A stretch of 53,047 nt of DNA. Origin: Armatimonadota bacterium. GTDB lineage: Bacteria > Armatimonadota > Zipacnadia > Zipacnadales > UBA5352. A model generated the notes under the pieces. The model was not told the origin of the DNA. It saw nothing but the letters and a program-made list of their open reading frames with translations, and made no database searches. Position 1 is the stretch's first letter; every line of letters starts with the position of its first letter. The DNA lies in assembly GCA_034722055.1 (NCBI GenBank), contig JAYENL010000324.1, positions 1 to 53,047 of the forward strand, in the 5' to 3' direction. Positions 18,566-29,175 of this stretch are shown here, one piece after another. A program made the translations under genes and the position numbers.

Positions 18566-20566
18566 ATGGCGGCTGAGCGGCAGCCGACTGAAGGCAGTGA
18601 GGCGTCCGAAGAGGCCCGGACGCAGCGGCTGAGCGGCGTTACGTGGCGATCCCTGGTCATTGCCATCCTGGCGACGGTCCTGATCAGCTACTGGATCGAC
18701 ATGGCAGAGGTCATCACCCTCTTCTGCCAGATCACCGAGTCCGTCCCCCCGGTGCCGGCGGTGGGCTTCCTGGTGCTGCTGGTGCTGCTGGTGCCGGCGC
18801 TGCGGCGCCTGTGGCGGTGGCTGGCGCTGGACCGGCGGGAGATCGTCATCATCTACGTCTTCCTGACCGTGTCCACGGCCATGGCCGGGCCGGGGATCAT
18901 CCGCTTCCTGATCAACACCATCCCCGTCCTGTTCTACTTCGCCACCCCCAGCAACGGCTTCGCTGAGTATCAGCAGTACATGCCCGAGTGGATGGTGCCA
19001 CACAGCCCGGAGGTGCTGCGGACCCTCTACGAGGGCTCGGAGGAGGGGGCGATCCCCTGGCGCGCCTGGGCGACGCCCCTGGTGGCGTGGGGCATCTTCT
19101 TCCTGGCCTTCTGGCTGATCCTGATGGGGACCATGGCCATCCTCCGCCGGCAGTGGTCGGAGAAGGAGAAGCTTACCTATCCGCTGGAGTACCTTCCTCT
19201 GGAAATGACGCGGGGGCTGGAGACGCGCCGGTTGGTGGTTCAGTTCTTCCGCAACCCGGTCATGTGGACGGGCTTCGCGGTGGCCTTCATCTACAATGCC
19301 ACCAACATCATCAACGCCTACATCCCGTCGGTGACCGCGCTGGGCAAATACTACGACATCGGCGCCCTGTTCACCGAGCGCCCCTGGAGCGCTATCAGCC
19401 CGCTGCAGTTCCACTACCGCCCTGCGGTCATCGGCTTCGGCTATCTGATGAGCACGGAGATCGCCCTCAGCACGTGGGTGTTCTTCCTGGCGATTCGGCT
19501 GCTGGCGGTGGGGGCCGCGGCGGCGGGATACGAGCAGGCGGGCTTCCCCTTCCGGAAGGAGCAGAGCATGGGGGCGTACGTGATCCTGGGGCTGGGACTG
19601 CTGTGGGTGGGGCGGCATCAGATCGCGGAGGCATTCCGTGCCGCCGTGCGGAAGGAGGCCACCGAGTCCGAGGCGAATGAGCCCATGAGCTATCGCACGG
19701 GCTTCCTGATCCTGGCCGGCGGGTTAGGCACCTGGCTTGCGTGGGTAATGTACGCAGGGATGAACCTGCGGACGGCGGCGGTGTATCTGGCACTGCTGCT
19801 GCTGTCTGCGATTGTCTACGCCCGGGTGCGGGCCGAGACTGGTGTGCCCATGATCTGGGCTTTCCCGTACGGGGTGCACCACAAGGCCGTCACCTACATG
19901 TTCGGCAGCAAGTGGCTGCACCCGGGCGGGTCGTGGGCGAATGCCACGATCTTCTCGACGATGCTGTTCATGTCGCGGGGCTACTTCCCGTCGCTGGTCG
20001 GGTATCAGGTGGAGGGCTGGCGGCTGGCGGGGTCCACGCAGGTGCGGCGGAGGGCCATGAGCTGGGTGCTGATCGCCGCGGTGGCGGTTGGCTTCTTCGT
20101 CGGGATGTGGCTGCACCTGCGCAGCTATTACGAGTGGGGGGCGGGCGGCCTGACGGCGCTGTCGGGCTGGGGCTCGGGGACCGCGCAGCAGGAGTATGAG
20201 GCGCTGGTCAGCTACGCCAGAGGGGACGCGCCGCCGAATCTGCCGCGGTCGATGGGCATGGCCGCCGGCGGCGTGGTGGCCCTGGCCCTGACGGTGCTGC
20301 GGACGATCTTCCTGCGCTTTCCGCTGCACCCGCTGGCCTACGGCATCGCGACGTCGTTCGGGCACAAGCTGTGGGCACCGCTGTTCGTGGTGTGGCTGGT
20401 GAAGACGCTGATCTTCCGGGTCAGCGGGATGGCGAGCTATCGGGCGCTGATCCCGGCCTTCATCGGCCTGGCGCTGGGGCACTTCTTCACCGCCGGGCTG
20501 CTGTATGGGCTGGTGGGGACCTTCGGCGGCGAGCAATTCCGCCGATATGGTGTATGGTTCGGCTGA
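18566..20566 (+). CDS. Polytopic membrane protein, DUF6785/DUF6784-like (putative transporter)
   Basis: Many TM helices; LRRQW.E.EKLTYPL, R.RAETG.P and FPLHPL.Y motifs. Confidence 0.75.
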   Translation: MAAERQPTEGSEASEEARTQRLSGVTWRSLVIAILATVLISYWIDMAEVITLFCQITESVPPVPAVGFLVLLVLLVPALRRLWRWLALDRREIVIIYVFLTVSTAMAGPGIIRFLINTIPVLFYFATPSNGFAEYQQYMPEWMVPHSPEVLRTLYEGSEEGAIPWRAWATPLVAWGIFFLAFWLILMGTMAILRRQWSEKEKLTYPLEYLPLEMTRGLETRRLVVQFFRNPVMWTGFAVAFIYNATNIINAYIPSVTALGKYYDIGALFTERPWSAISPLQFHYRPAVIGFGYLMSTEIALSTWVFFLAIRLLAVGAAAAGYEQAGFPFRKEQSMGAYVILGLGLLWVGRHQIAEAFRAAVRKEATESEANEPMSYRTGFLILAGGLGTWLAWVMYAGMNLRTAAVYLALLLLSAIVYARVRAETGVPMIWAFPYGVHHKAVTYMFGSKWLHPGGSWANATIFSTMLFMSRGYFPSLVGYQVEGWRLAGSTQVRRRAMSWVLIAAVAVGFFVGMWLHLRSYYEWGAGGLTALSGWGSGTAQQEYEALVSYARGDAPPNLPRSMGMAAGGVVALALTVLRTIFLRFPLHPLAYGIATSFGHKLWAPLFVVWLVKTLIFRVSGMASYRALIPAFIGLALGHFFTAGLLYGLVGTFGGEQFRRYGVWFG

Positions 20567-20639
20567 TCGACCTGACGCGTGAGGATACGCATGGCGTGCC
20601 CACCGGACGTATCCCATTCGTGTCCGGGAGCGAAGCTGC

Positions 20640-21317
20640 ATGCGGCCTACAATCCTCGTCGTTGACGATGACGCGGCAACGCGCAAGATGATCGAGACTG
20701 CCCTGGAAGGTAACGGCTACAGGGTGGTGACGGCGACCACGGCCTCGGAGGCGCTGGACGCCATCCAGAGCGAGGAGCTTGACCTGGTGCTGCTGGACCT
20801 GATACTGCCCGACGGCGACGGCGTGGAGGTCTGCCGCCAGGTCCGCCAGTACTCCGGGGTCTCCATCATCATGGTCACCGCCAAGCGGGACCTGACAGAC
20901 CGCCTGGCGGGGCTGGACGCCGGTGCGGACGACTATGTCACCAAGCCGCTCTCCATCGGCGAGCTGCTGGCCCGGATCAGCGCGCTGCTTCGTCGCAAGC
21001 GGATGCGCGACGAGGAGCAGGCGCGCGAGATCTGCCACGGCGCCGTCTGTCTGCGCCAGACGGAGGGGGTGGCCTCAGTCGAGGGCCGGGAGGTGAAGCT
21101 CAGCGACACCGAGGCGGAGATCCTGCGAATCCTCGTTGAGGCCGAGGGGGAGCCCCTCAGCCTCCGGGAGATCGCCCGCGAGGTGTGGGGCGAGGACGAG
21201 ACGGATCTCGCGGTGCTGGAGACACACATCGCCAACATCCGTCACAAGCTGGAGGAGGCGCCTGAGAGCCCCCGGCATCTTATCACCACCGAGGATGGCG
21301 CCCATCACCTGGCGTGA
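20640..21317 (+). CDS. OmpR-family response regulator
   Basis: ILVVDDD, DLVLLDLILPDGDG, AGADDYVTKP, C-terminal winged helix (HIANIRHKLE). Confidence 0.92.
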   Translation: MRPTILVVDDDAATRKMIETALEGNGYRVVTATTASEALDAIQSEELDLVLLDLILPDGDGVEVCRQVRQYSGVSIIMVTAKRDLTDRLAGLDAGADDYVTKPLSIGELLARISALLRRKRMRDEEQAREICHGAVCLRQTEGVASVEGREVKLSDTEAEILRILVEAEGEPLSLREIAREVWGEDETDLAVLETHIANIRHKLEEAPESPRHLITTEDGAHHLA

Positions 21318-21440
21318 GGCCGGAGGGTGACCGTGCTGGGCGGCCCGCTACCGTGCGGGCCGTTCGTCGCGTACAGGCAGGTCCCGTCAGTCCGCAGCCC
21401 GAAGGCGCGCAAGGAGACAGTCTCGGAGGGAGGGTCATCG

Positions 21441-22232
21441 ATGGCAGGACGCTTTCGGATCGCACTGCACCTGATCACCTGGCGGGGAGAGCAGCACGAG
21501 GACCCGGAGAAGTGCTTCCGGGTTGCGGCCGAGTGCGGCTACGACGGCGTTGAGGGGGTGAATGCAGACAGCGCCGACGAGCTGGTGGAGCTGGCGGCGC
21601 TGGCTGCGAAGTGGGGCCTGAAGCTGGTCAATGTGGGCGCCCCCGATCGGCGGCTGCGCGTGCTCTACAACTGCGCGCTGGGCAACGAGGCCGCGGAGGT
21701 GGGGTCGCTACGTAAGGCCGACTACGGCGGGCGGGAGATGGGCCCCGGACAGTTCGCGCAGGCCGCCGCCGACCTCGAGGAGCTCGTCGAGCTGGCCGTC
21801 AGCCACGGCCTGGCGCCTTTCCACCACGCTCACCGCGGCACGGTCATCGAGACCGCCGAGGACGCCGCCATGATGCTGGAGGCGGCGCCGCGGCTGCAAC
21901 TGCTGCTGGATACCGGGCATCTGCTGTGCTGCGGCTCGGATCCCATCAAGGTGCTTCGCCGGCACACCGGGCGCATCGGCCACGTCCACCTCAAGGACTT
22001 CTACGCCGAGGACCCGGCGACCTGGAACAACTGGGAGAGCACGTGGGGTGAGGACGGCTACTTCGAGGAGCTGGGCAAGGGCAACTTCGGCTTCGACGTC
22101 GGGCAGCTCATGAGAGAGCTCGATCGGTCCGGCTACCGGGGCTGGGTCAGCGTCGAGCAGGACACCTCGCGGCGCGCGCCGGAGCTCAGCGCCAAGGCCA
22201 ACTGCGACCTGCTGCGGTCGCTGGGGTACTGA
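21441..22232 (+). CDS. Sugar phosphate isomerase/epimerase (IolE/xylose isomerase-like TIM barrel)
   Basis: GYDGVE, HHAH.GT, LLDTGH, HVHLKD, ELGKG, GY.GWVSVEQD. Confidence 0.85.
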   Translation: MAGRFRIALHLITWRGEQHEDPEKCFRVAAECGYDGVEGVNADSADELVELAALAAKWGLKLVNVGAPDRRLRVLYNCALGNEAAEVGSLRKADYGGREMGPGQFAQAAADLEELVELAVSHGLAPFHHAHRGTVIETAEDAAMMLEAAPRLQLLLDTGHLLCCGSDPIKVLRRHTGRIGHVHLKDFYAEDPATWNNWESTWGEDGYFEELGKGNFGFDVGQLMRELDRSGYRGWVSVEQDTSRRAPELSAKANCDLLRSLGY

Positions 22233-22279
22233 GGCGGCACTCAGAGTCGCCACCAGCATGTAACGGCTCAGGTCACGAC

Positions 22280-22306
22280 GTGCGGACGGGGGCGTCCGCA
22301 CCACGG
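22280..22306 (-). repeat. REP-like hairpin (GTGG head)
   Basis: CCGTG-GTGCGGACG-CCCC-CGTCCGCAC on the minus strand; close variant at 35342-35368. Confidence 0.7.
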
Positions 22307-22369
22307 GACGCCGGAGGTGCTGGTGCACGGCCGGTCACCGCGTGTGGCTGAGGCCGACTGCCGCCGGGC

Positions 22370-23803
22370 TCACTCCTCCTCGGAGGGAGGCATCTCCTCG
22401 TCGGGGCCACCGATGTCGGGCGCCTCCTGCTTCTCCAGGTCCTCAATCGTGTCGGGGAGATGATCCATAATGAACTGGCTGATCTCCACGACCTGGTCGG
22501 ACTCGCTGGTGGTGCAGTAGTAGTTGCCGCCCTCCACCTGGTCGCCGATGAGGACCTTGATGGGCTCCGAGCGGCCGCGCAGGAACACGCTGATGGCCGC
22601 CTGTGGAACCGCCAGGCCGTACTGGCGCAGCTCAGGCGGGGAGACCTCCTCCTTGATGAATGCCTCGGCGTTGAGCGATTCCAGGTCCCAGAGGATGTCC
22701 TCCACCGCGGTCTTCCGGGCGTCCACGGACCTGGGCTTCTCGATGCGCCAGCCGTCGGGGCGCCGGGCAACTGTGAAGCTGAGGCCCTTGGTGCGCTCCA
22801 CGCGGATGCGCTGGACGTCATCGCGCTCGAAGCGCACGATGGTCCGATCGCGCAGGTCAAGGGGGGTCTTCTGCACCTTCTCGAGCTGATCGGCCTCCAC
22901 CATCATGATCTCGGGGCGAGCCGAGGTGCGGACGTAGACGATGTCCTTCTCCTCCTCATCCTCGCCGACCGTGCGCGTCTCGGTCTTGCCGAAGGTCACC
23001 GTCAGGTCCCGGCCCTCCTGCAGGCGGAGCCCCATCCGCGCCTGGGGCTTGTCGAAGCCGGGATCGACCTCGGCCTCCGCCTCCAGGAAGTCCTCGGCGC
23101 GCATATCCCCCAGGCTCCGGACAAGCTGCTTGACGTTGAACTCGTCGGCGGCCACCTGAAGCGGTTTGCGCATCCACCACTTGACGTCAGCCTCGGGCTC
23201 GGCGCGGGCGAGGACGATCTGCTCCTCACCGTGGGCCAGCTCCACGCGCTGGACGTCCTCCGGTTCCAATAGCACGACCTGCTTCTCGCGGATCTCGGTG
23301 GCGTCCTTCCACAGCGTGGTGCGGACCGTGGCGCCGACGATGTAGAGCGTGTCGCTGTCCCCGGCGAGGTCGCCGCCGATCCTGGCGTAGCGGGAGCTGC
23401 CCACGGCCGTCTCCTCGCCCACCTCCACGCGCGCGGTCTTGCCGCCTCCGTAGGTCAGCACGGCCACCAGAGGGGGGTCTTTGAGGCCGTACTGCTCGTC
23501 GTCGAGGTTGAGGCCGGTGCGGCTGCTCTGCTCCTTGAGCTCGGCGACAGCCTTGATCATGCGCTTCGCGTCATCGGTGTCGGCCAGCGCCTGGATGGGG
23601 GAGGTGATGAACCAGCGGTCGTCGCGGCGCTCGATGACGATGGGCTTCTCATCCTTGCGCTCCACGCGGAGGCTGGTGACATCCTTGATGTCGAGGCCGA
23701 AGACCTCCTTCTCCTCCGGGACCCTCCCACGCTCCTGGGTCATCACCCACGCGAGGAGGGCGACGAAGACGAGGCCGGCGGCGATGGTTGACCTCCACCT
23801 CAT
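22370..23803 (-). CDS. DUF4340-domain membrane-anchored protein
   Basis: N-terminal TM helix and three repeats with YGL..P motifs; last gene of the Gld-like ABC operon. Confidence 0.75.
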   Translation of the reverse strand: MRWRSTIAAGLVFVALLAWVMTQERGRVPEEKEVFGLDIKDVTSLRVERKDEKPIVIERRDDRWFITSPIQALADTDDAKRMIKAVAELKEQSSRTGLNLDDEQYGLKDPPLVAVLTYGGGKTARVEVGEETAVGSSRYARIGGDLAGDSDTLYIVGATVRTTLWKDATEIREKQVVLLEPEDVQRVELAHGEEQIVLARAEPEADVKWWMRKPLQVAADEFNVKQLVRSLGDMRAEDFLEAEAEVDPGFDKPQARMGLRLQEGRDLTVTFGKTETRTVGEDEEEKDIVYVRTSARPEIMMVEADQLEKVQKTPLDLRDRTIVRFERDDVQRIRVERTKGLSFTVARRPDGWRIEKPRSVDARKTAVEDILWDLESLNAEAFIKEEVSPPELRQYGLAVPQAAISVFLRGRSEPIKVLIGDQVEGGNYYCTTSESDQVVEISQFIMDHLPDTIEDLEKQEAPDIGGPDEEMPPSEEE

Positions 23804-23842
23804 GATTCTCTGATGCTCCCTGACAGGTTGGCTCCCGCTCGG

Positions 23843-25504
23843 CTACCGGCGCCGCCACCACACGGCAAAGCCGGCGATGCCGATGAGGATCGGAACGATA
23901 CCTACGGTGATGACCCAGACTACCTTCTGCTGACTCTCGTTCATGGTCAGCAGATCGGGCATCTCGTCCTTGGGCGGGATGGAGATGAGCTTCTCATTCT
24001 CGACGAGCCAGTTGATGGATGCCAGCGCAAAGACCAGGTTTCCGATGAGGCCGTGCTCGCGAAGGTAGCGATCGGTCATGAACTCGCCGTCGCCGACCAC
24101 GACCATGCGGAGGGCATCCTCGTCCTCCTCCGGCGGCTGCATGCCGTAGGGATTGGGCGGCTGGCGGCCGGCGTCCACCGCAGCAGCCAACACGAAGGGT
24201 CCACCGCCAGCGGCTGACCCCTCGCCCGCCGGCTCGAGCGATGCCTCAGGACTGCTCTCCAGCAGGAGCTGCGCCTGCTTTCCCTGCGGCGGCGCGCCGG
24301 GCGTGGAGGGGTCCTCGGGCATGGTGTCGATCAGCTCCAGCGGCCGGACGGTCGGGAGGGCAATGGCAAAGCGGCCGAGGGGCTTGGTGATCTGGTGGCT
24401 GCCGAGGTTGGTGACCATCGGCACCTCCTTGCGACCGTAGATCCCGTACCTGGCGTCGGCCACAGCGCCTGACTTGGGCACGATGCCCCACGGCTCAAGC
24501 AGCTCGCTGAGGTCTGGGCCGCCCGGCTCGAGGGCCACCAACAGGTTGCCGCCCTGTTCGGCCCAGGAGGTAATGGCCTGCATCTCGGCGTCGCGCAGAG
24601 GCTGTGTCGGTCCCGCAATGACCAGCACCGCGCAGTCGCCGGGGATCTCGGGCTCGGACTCCACCAGCAGGTTCAGCGTCTTCACGGCGTATTGCTGGGC
24701 CTCGAGTTCGCCCTTGAGCGTCCTGATGCCGTCGGGCCCGGTGTCGTCGGGGTTGACCTCCCCGTGACCGATCAGGAAGTAGATGTTCGTCTTCTCCCCG
24801 GTGCTGACGGCCAGGATGGCGGAGGTGAGGTCCTCCTCGGAGCCGTCATAGACCTTCTCCTCGTTCTCGCCAGACTTCACCACGATGGTGCCCGGTTGCA
24901 TAATGTTGTGCTCTTTGACTTCCTCCACGTCCAGGTAGAAGTCATGGTGCTCCACGCTGAGCTTGGGGCTGAGCATGTTGTACTCGCGGAGGCGGTTGCG
25001 GGTCTCGCCGTAGGTGGGGGACCGAGGGTCGAGGAAGGCCAGGACGGTGACCTCCTCCTCAAGGCCCCGCACGATCTCCTCACTCTGCTCGGCCAGCGAG
25101 AAGCGCTGGCTCTCGGTGAGGTCCTTTCGCAGGTGGGGGCGGCGGGCCACGATCACGTTGACAAGCACCAGGGCTCCGAGGATGAAGAGCACGAAGACGA
25201 CGCTGTTGGTGCCCAGTCGAGCTCTCCTGGTCCCTGCGGCCGCCACCACTCGCTGCCAGTGCATCAGCACGAAGAAAACGGCCAGTGCCACGGTCACGCC
25301 GGCGACGATCTTGGCCGTCAGGCCGAAGGAGGTGGTGACGGCCACGATGGCCAGCAGCACCAGCAAGCCCAGGGCCGCCAGCCACCCGGCCCACATGGCC
25401 ACCTGCTCCACCGGCGAGAGCTGCTCGGCCTCAACCGCCAGCCGCGGATCGGCTAGGGGCCGCCGCGCCCTCTCCGGCTCCTGCTGAGTGGTCTCATCCG
25501 ACAT
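23843..25504 (-). CDS. GldG-like ABC transporter auxiliary component
   Basis: DLT..RFSL, IYFL.GHGE, VLVIAGP, MVVVGD.EF, INWL, C-terminal TM-WWRRR. Confidence 0.85.
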   Translation of the reverse strand: MSDETTQQEPERARRPLADPRLAVEAEQLSPVEQVAMWAGWLAALGLLVLLAIVAVTTSFGLTAKIVAGVTVALAVFFVLMHWQRVVAAAGTRRARLGTNSVVFVLFILGALVLVNVIVARRPHLRKDLTESQRFSLAEQSEEIVRGLEEEVTVLAFLDPRSPTYGETRNRLREYNMLSPKLSVEHHDFYLDVEEVKEHNIMQPGTIVVKSGENEEKVYDGSEEDLTSAILAVSTGEKTNIYFLIGHGEVNPDDTGPDGIRTLKGELEAQQYAVKTLNLLVESEPEIPGDCAVLVIAGPTQPLRDAEMQAITSWAEQGGNLLVALEPGGPDLSELLEPWGIVPKSGAVADARYGIYGRKEVPMVTNLGSHQITKPLGRFAIALPTVRPLELIDTMPEDPSTPGAPPQGKQAQLLLESSPEASLEPAGEGSAAGGGPFVLAAAVDAGRQPPNPYGMQPPEEDEDALRMVVVGDGEFMTDRYLREHGLIGNLVFALASINWLVENEKLISIPPKDEMPDLLTMNESQQKVVWVITVGIVPILIGIAGFAVWWRRR

Positions 25505-25564
25505 CCGTGTCACCTGCCCAACATCAGTGAGCGCTCTGTTGGCTGCCGTCCAGCACCAGTGGAC

Positions 25565-26278
25565 TCAAGCAGTGCGCCGGTTCTCAACGGTGCGCACTGA
25601 GAGCATCAGGAAGAACGCGATCAGCGACAGGAAGAACACGACAGGCCGCAGGTCGATGATGCCCTTGGAGAAGTCCTGGATGTTCTCGAAGACGGAGATG
25701 TACTTCGCCACCTCGCCGATCTTGCTGCTGATGTTGTAGCCCAACCAGCCGATCAGCCAGAAGAACAGCAACATCACGAAGCCCAGCAGCCCGGAGGCGA
25801 TCTGGTTGGAGGTGAGGGAGCTGGCAAACAGGCCGATGGCCAGGAAGGACATGCCGGCCAGCAGCACGCCGATGTAGCCAGTGAGCACCACCATCCAGTC
25901 GGGGTCGCCGAACTTCTCGAGGATCAGCGGGAACTCCAGACTCGCCGCCAGCGCGATGACCAACAGCGTGACGGCGGCCAGGTACTTGCCCAGGATCAGC
26001 TCAACGTCGCGAACCGGATTGGTCATCAGCAGCTCGATGGAGCCGGAGGCCCACTCCTGGGCCAGCAGGCCCATGGTGATCACCGGACTCATGAGCAGGA
26101 TCAGGAAGACCATGACCCGGATGATGTAGGTGGGATCGGCCTCCATCTGTGGCGCGGTGTAGGTGAGGGCAAAGATCAGGCCGCCGACGCCCAGGAGGAA
26201 GCCCAGCACGACGTAGCCCATCGGCGAGACGAAGTAGGAGCGCAGCTCCTTGCCGGCGATGGTGAGCACCTTGCGCAT
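25565..26278 (-). CDS. ABC-2 permease (GldF-like)
   Basis: KELRSYFVSP, E..SGSIELL.T.P, ILGKYLA, SSLTSNQI. Confidence 0.9.
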   Translation of the reverse strand: MRKVLTIAGKELRSYFVSPMGYVVLGFLLGVGGLIFALTYTAPQMEADPTYIIRVMVFLILLMSPVITMGLLAQEWASGSIELLMTNPVRDVELILGKYLAAVTLLVIALAASLEFPLILEKFGDPDWMVVLTGYIGVLLAGMSFLAIGLFASSLTSNQIASGLLGFVMLLFFWLIGWLGYNISSKIGEVAKYISVFENIQDFSKGIIDLRPVVFFLSLIAFFLMLSVRTVENRRTA

Positions 26279-26281
26279 CGT

Positions 26282-27214
26282 CTACTCGACACCTTCCTCT
26301 TCCGTGGTGAGCTGCCGGAAAACGTCCTCGAGGGTCATCTCCACCGGGCGCAGCTCCAACAGGCCCCAGCCGCGGCTGACCGCGAACTCCGCGATCTCTG
26401 CGCGCACGTCGGTTCCCACGGCCGTGTCCACGTGGTAGCTCCCATCGCCCACGCTGCGCACGCCCACGACATCGGGCAGGTCCAGAAGCTGCCGGGATAC
26501 GTTCTCATCGTCTCGGGCGAGGGTGATCAGGATGGTCTCGGCCTCGCGAATCTGAGCGGTCAGGGCCTCCGGCGTGTCCTCAGCGATGATGCGGCCGTGA
26601 TTGATGATGATGACCCGCTCGCAAGTCATCTGGGCCTCGGGAAGGATGTGCGTGGAGAGCATGACGGTGTGCTGGCCCCCGAGGCTCTTGATGAGGTTGC
26701 GCACCTCGATGATCTGGTTCGGGTCCAGGCCCACGGTGGGCTCATCGAGGATCAGCACCGGGGGGTCGTGCAGCAGCGCCTGGGCCAGCCCCACGCGCTG
26801 GCGGAAGCCCAGCGAGAGCGTGCCGATGATGCTATCGGCGCGCTCGGAGAGCCCGCAGGTGTCCAGGACGTACTCCATGCGCTCCTCGACGTCCGCCCGG
26901 CTCATGCTGCGCACCCCGCCGCAGAAGCGGAGGTACTGGGTGACGCGCATGTCCTGGTAGAGGGAGGAGGTTTCGGGGAGGTAGCCGATGGCCCGCCGCG
27001 ACTGCAGTGACTGATCAATGACGTCGAAGCCCGCGACGGCGGCCTCGCCGGCGGTGGGCGGGATGAAGGAGGTCAGGATGCGCATGGTGGTGGTCTTCCC
27101 GGCGGCGTTGGGGCCGAGGAACCCCACGATCTCGCCCTCGTCCACCTCGAAGTTGACGTCGGCGATGGCCTGATGGTTCCCATAGTACTTGGTCAAGCCC
27201 TCGCAGCGTATCAT
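26282..27214 (-). CDS. ABC transporter ATP-binding protein (GldA-like)
   Basis: Walker A GPNAAGKTT, LSLGFRQRVGLA, LILDEPTVGLDP, STH. Confidence 0.95.
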   Translation of the reverse strand: MIRCEGLTKYYGNHQAIADVNFEVDEGEIVGFLGPNAAGKTTTMRILTSFIPPTAGEAAVAGFDVIDQSLQSRRAIGYLPETSSLYQDMRVTQYLRFCGGVRSMSRADVEERMEYVLDTCGLSERADSIIGTLSLGFRQRVGLAQALLHDPPVLILDEPTVGLDPNQIIEVRNLIKSLGGQHTVMLSTHILPEAQMTCERVIIINHGRIIAEDTPEALTAQIREAETILITLARDDENVSRQLLDLPDVVGVRSVGDGSYHVDTAVGTDVRAEIAEFAVSRGWGLLELRPVEMTLEDVFRQLTTEEEGVE

Positions 27215-27380
27215 GCGGCAGTCCTCCCGGGGAAGTGATGTCCGGTGAGCTTGCTGGCGACCCGGCAATGGACGACGGCTCAGTCCCGCCGCCTGCGCCA
27301 CCGCTACGGGGGGATTGAGCCGATGCGTTCTGTGACATGCCGGCACGTGGGCCGGCTGTTATGTCCTTTGAACGTGTCTG

Positions 27381-27409
27381 AGTATAGCAAAGTTCCCGGC
27401 GCGCGACAA
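27381..27409 (-). promoter_or_regulatory. sigma70 promoter of the ABC operon
   Basis: TTGTCG-N17-TATACT with extended TG on the minus strand. Confidence 0.65.
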
Positions 27410-27526
27410 GCGGCAGGTGCGGCGGGTCCCTGCTGCGAAATACCGCATGCGCCTCTTCTTCGAGGCTTTGCGACCGGAGGTGCGAACCGTCACAGAGAGC
27501 TTCGAGACCCATGTGAGGTGGGACGA

Positions 27527-29125
27527 ATGGTGTTGAGAGCAGCGACGGCTGTCATGATGCTGCTGTGCATGACCGCACTGGTGGCGGCGGAGACGCTGGA
27601 GGAGGGCTTCGAGGACGCGGCGGCGCTGGAGGACTGGACGACGGACACGCGCACCTGGACCGTCGAGGAGGGCGTGTTGCGGCAGCCCGAGGCCGGGCTG
27701 CACAAGGCCCGGGCCTTTGTGCCGCAGGCCTTCAGCGACGTCACCGTGGCGGTCCGCTTCCTCATCCATCCCGCTGGGAATGGCGTGAAGGCTCCGGGGA
27801 TTATCTACCGCGCCATCGACGAGACCACCTACTACTACATCCATTTCGACAGCAAGAACAGGCAGGTCGTGTGGGTCCGCTCTACGCTTGAGAACGAGTG
27901 GACCGAGGCGCGACGCCACCGGCCCATCGAGATCAGCGAGGAAGAGTGGCATACGGCGCGCGTGGAGGTCGCCGGCGACGAGCATCGCGTCTACATGGAC
28001 GGTGAGCTGCTGTTCACTGAGCAGGATGGGACGCTGCAGGCTGGCGTCGTGGGCCTGCGGACCGGCCAGGGCGATATCGCCTTCGATGACCTGCGGGTGG
28101 AGGGCGAGCCGGCGGAGCTGGAGGGCGAGTTCACCGTCACGCGCGTGCCCTGGACGGCGGTGTGCACCGATGCCGGTGCGGGCGCCTACGAGGCCTTCCC
28201 CGACGTCTGCCTCACCGAGGATGGGGAGCTGCTGTGCGTCTTCTACGCCGGCTACGGGCACGTGGCCTTCCCCAACGACGATCTGCCGCGTGGCGGGCGG
28301 GTCTGCATGGTGCGCTCGACTGACTACGGACGGAGCTGGAGCGAACCTGAGATCGTGGTGGACACGCCCATCGACGATCGCGACCCCTCGATCGCGCAGC
28401 TCAGGGATGGCGACCTGGTCGTCAGCTACATGAGCTACGTGAAGGAGCGCCGGCCCACGCACGAGGTCTTCCTCGTGCGCTCCAGCGACGACGGAGAGAC
28501 CTGGTCCGAGCCGCAGCGCATCGAGCTGCCCTTCGGCGGCGCTCAGGCCGTCTCCGAGCCGGTGACTGAGCTTGAGGATGGGACGCTGCTGCTGCCGATC
28601 TACGGAACGCGGCTTGAGGGCGAGAGAAAGCATCCCTGCGGGGTGGCCCGCAGCACCGATGGCGGGGGCACCTGGGAGGTCACGGTAATCGAGCAGCCCG
28701 GGCCGGAGCCGCTCTACGAGCCCTCCATCGAGCCGCTGCCCGACGGCCGCATCTACATGCTCATCCGCCCCACCATGCACTGGTCGCAGTCCACCGACGG
28801 GGGCGTGAGCTGGGCCGAGCCGCAGAAGCTGGGCATCCAGGGCGAGGCGCCCTACCTGCTGCTGACCTCGGAGGGCGTGCTGCTGACCGGCTTCCGCCAT
28901 CGCCCCACGCGCAGCACCTCCATCGCCTGGAGCACGGACCTGGGCGAGACGTGGGAGGGCCCGAAGCTCATCGACCGCGTCATCGGCGGCTACCCCAGCT
29001 TCGCGGAGCTTCCCGACGGCCGCGTGCTGATGGTCTACTACACGGAGGGCTCGGGCTCGGACATCCGCCAAGTCTACCTGGATGTGAGCCAGGAGGGCGT
29101 GGGAGTGTTGGCGCCGAAGGACTGA
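27527..29125 (+). CDS. Secreted protein: 3-keto-disaccharide hydrolase (DUF1080)-like domain fused to a BNR/sialidase-like propeller
   Basis: Signal peptide; G.VGL...FDDL.V; five Asp-boxes (STDYGRSW, SSDDGETW, STDGGGTW, STDGGVSW, STDLGETW). Confidence 0.8.
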   Translation: MVLRAATAVMMLLCMTALVAAETLEEGFEDAAALEDWTTDTRTWTVEEGVLRQPEAGLHKARAFVPQAFSDVTVAVRFLIHPAGNGVKAPGIIYRAIDETTYYYIHFDSKNRQVVWVRSTLENEWTEARRHRPIEISEEEWHTARVEVAGDEHRVYMDGELLFTEQDGTLQAGVVGLRTGQGDIAFDDLRVEGEPAELEGEFTVTRVPWTAVCTDAGAGAYEAFPDVCLTEDGELLCVFYAGYGHVAFPNDDLPRGGRVCMVRSTDYGRSWSEPEIVVDTPIDDRDPSIAQLRDGDLVVSYMSYVKERRPTHEVFLVRSSDDGETWSEPQRIELPFGGAQAVSEPVTELEDGTLLLPIYGTRLEGERKHPCGVARSTDGGGTWEVTVIEQPGPEPLYEPSIEPLPDGRIYMLIRPTMHWSQSTDGGVSWAEPQKLGIQGEAPYLLLTSEGVLLTGFRHRPTRSTSIAWSTDLGETWEGPKLIDRVIGGYPSFAELPDGRVLMVYYTEGSGSDIRQVYLDVSQEGVGVLAPKD

Positions 29126-29175
29126 CAGCGCCAGGTTCGGGGGCGAGGTCGAGGCGTCAGCGGAGGACGAGGACG

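Noticed and set aside
22370..27214. Gliding motility system from the GldA/F/G-like genes
   Set aside because: This ABC module is widespread in non-gliding bacteria, and no other gld/spr genes are present
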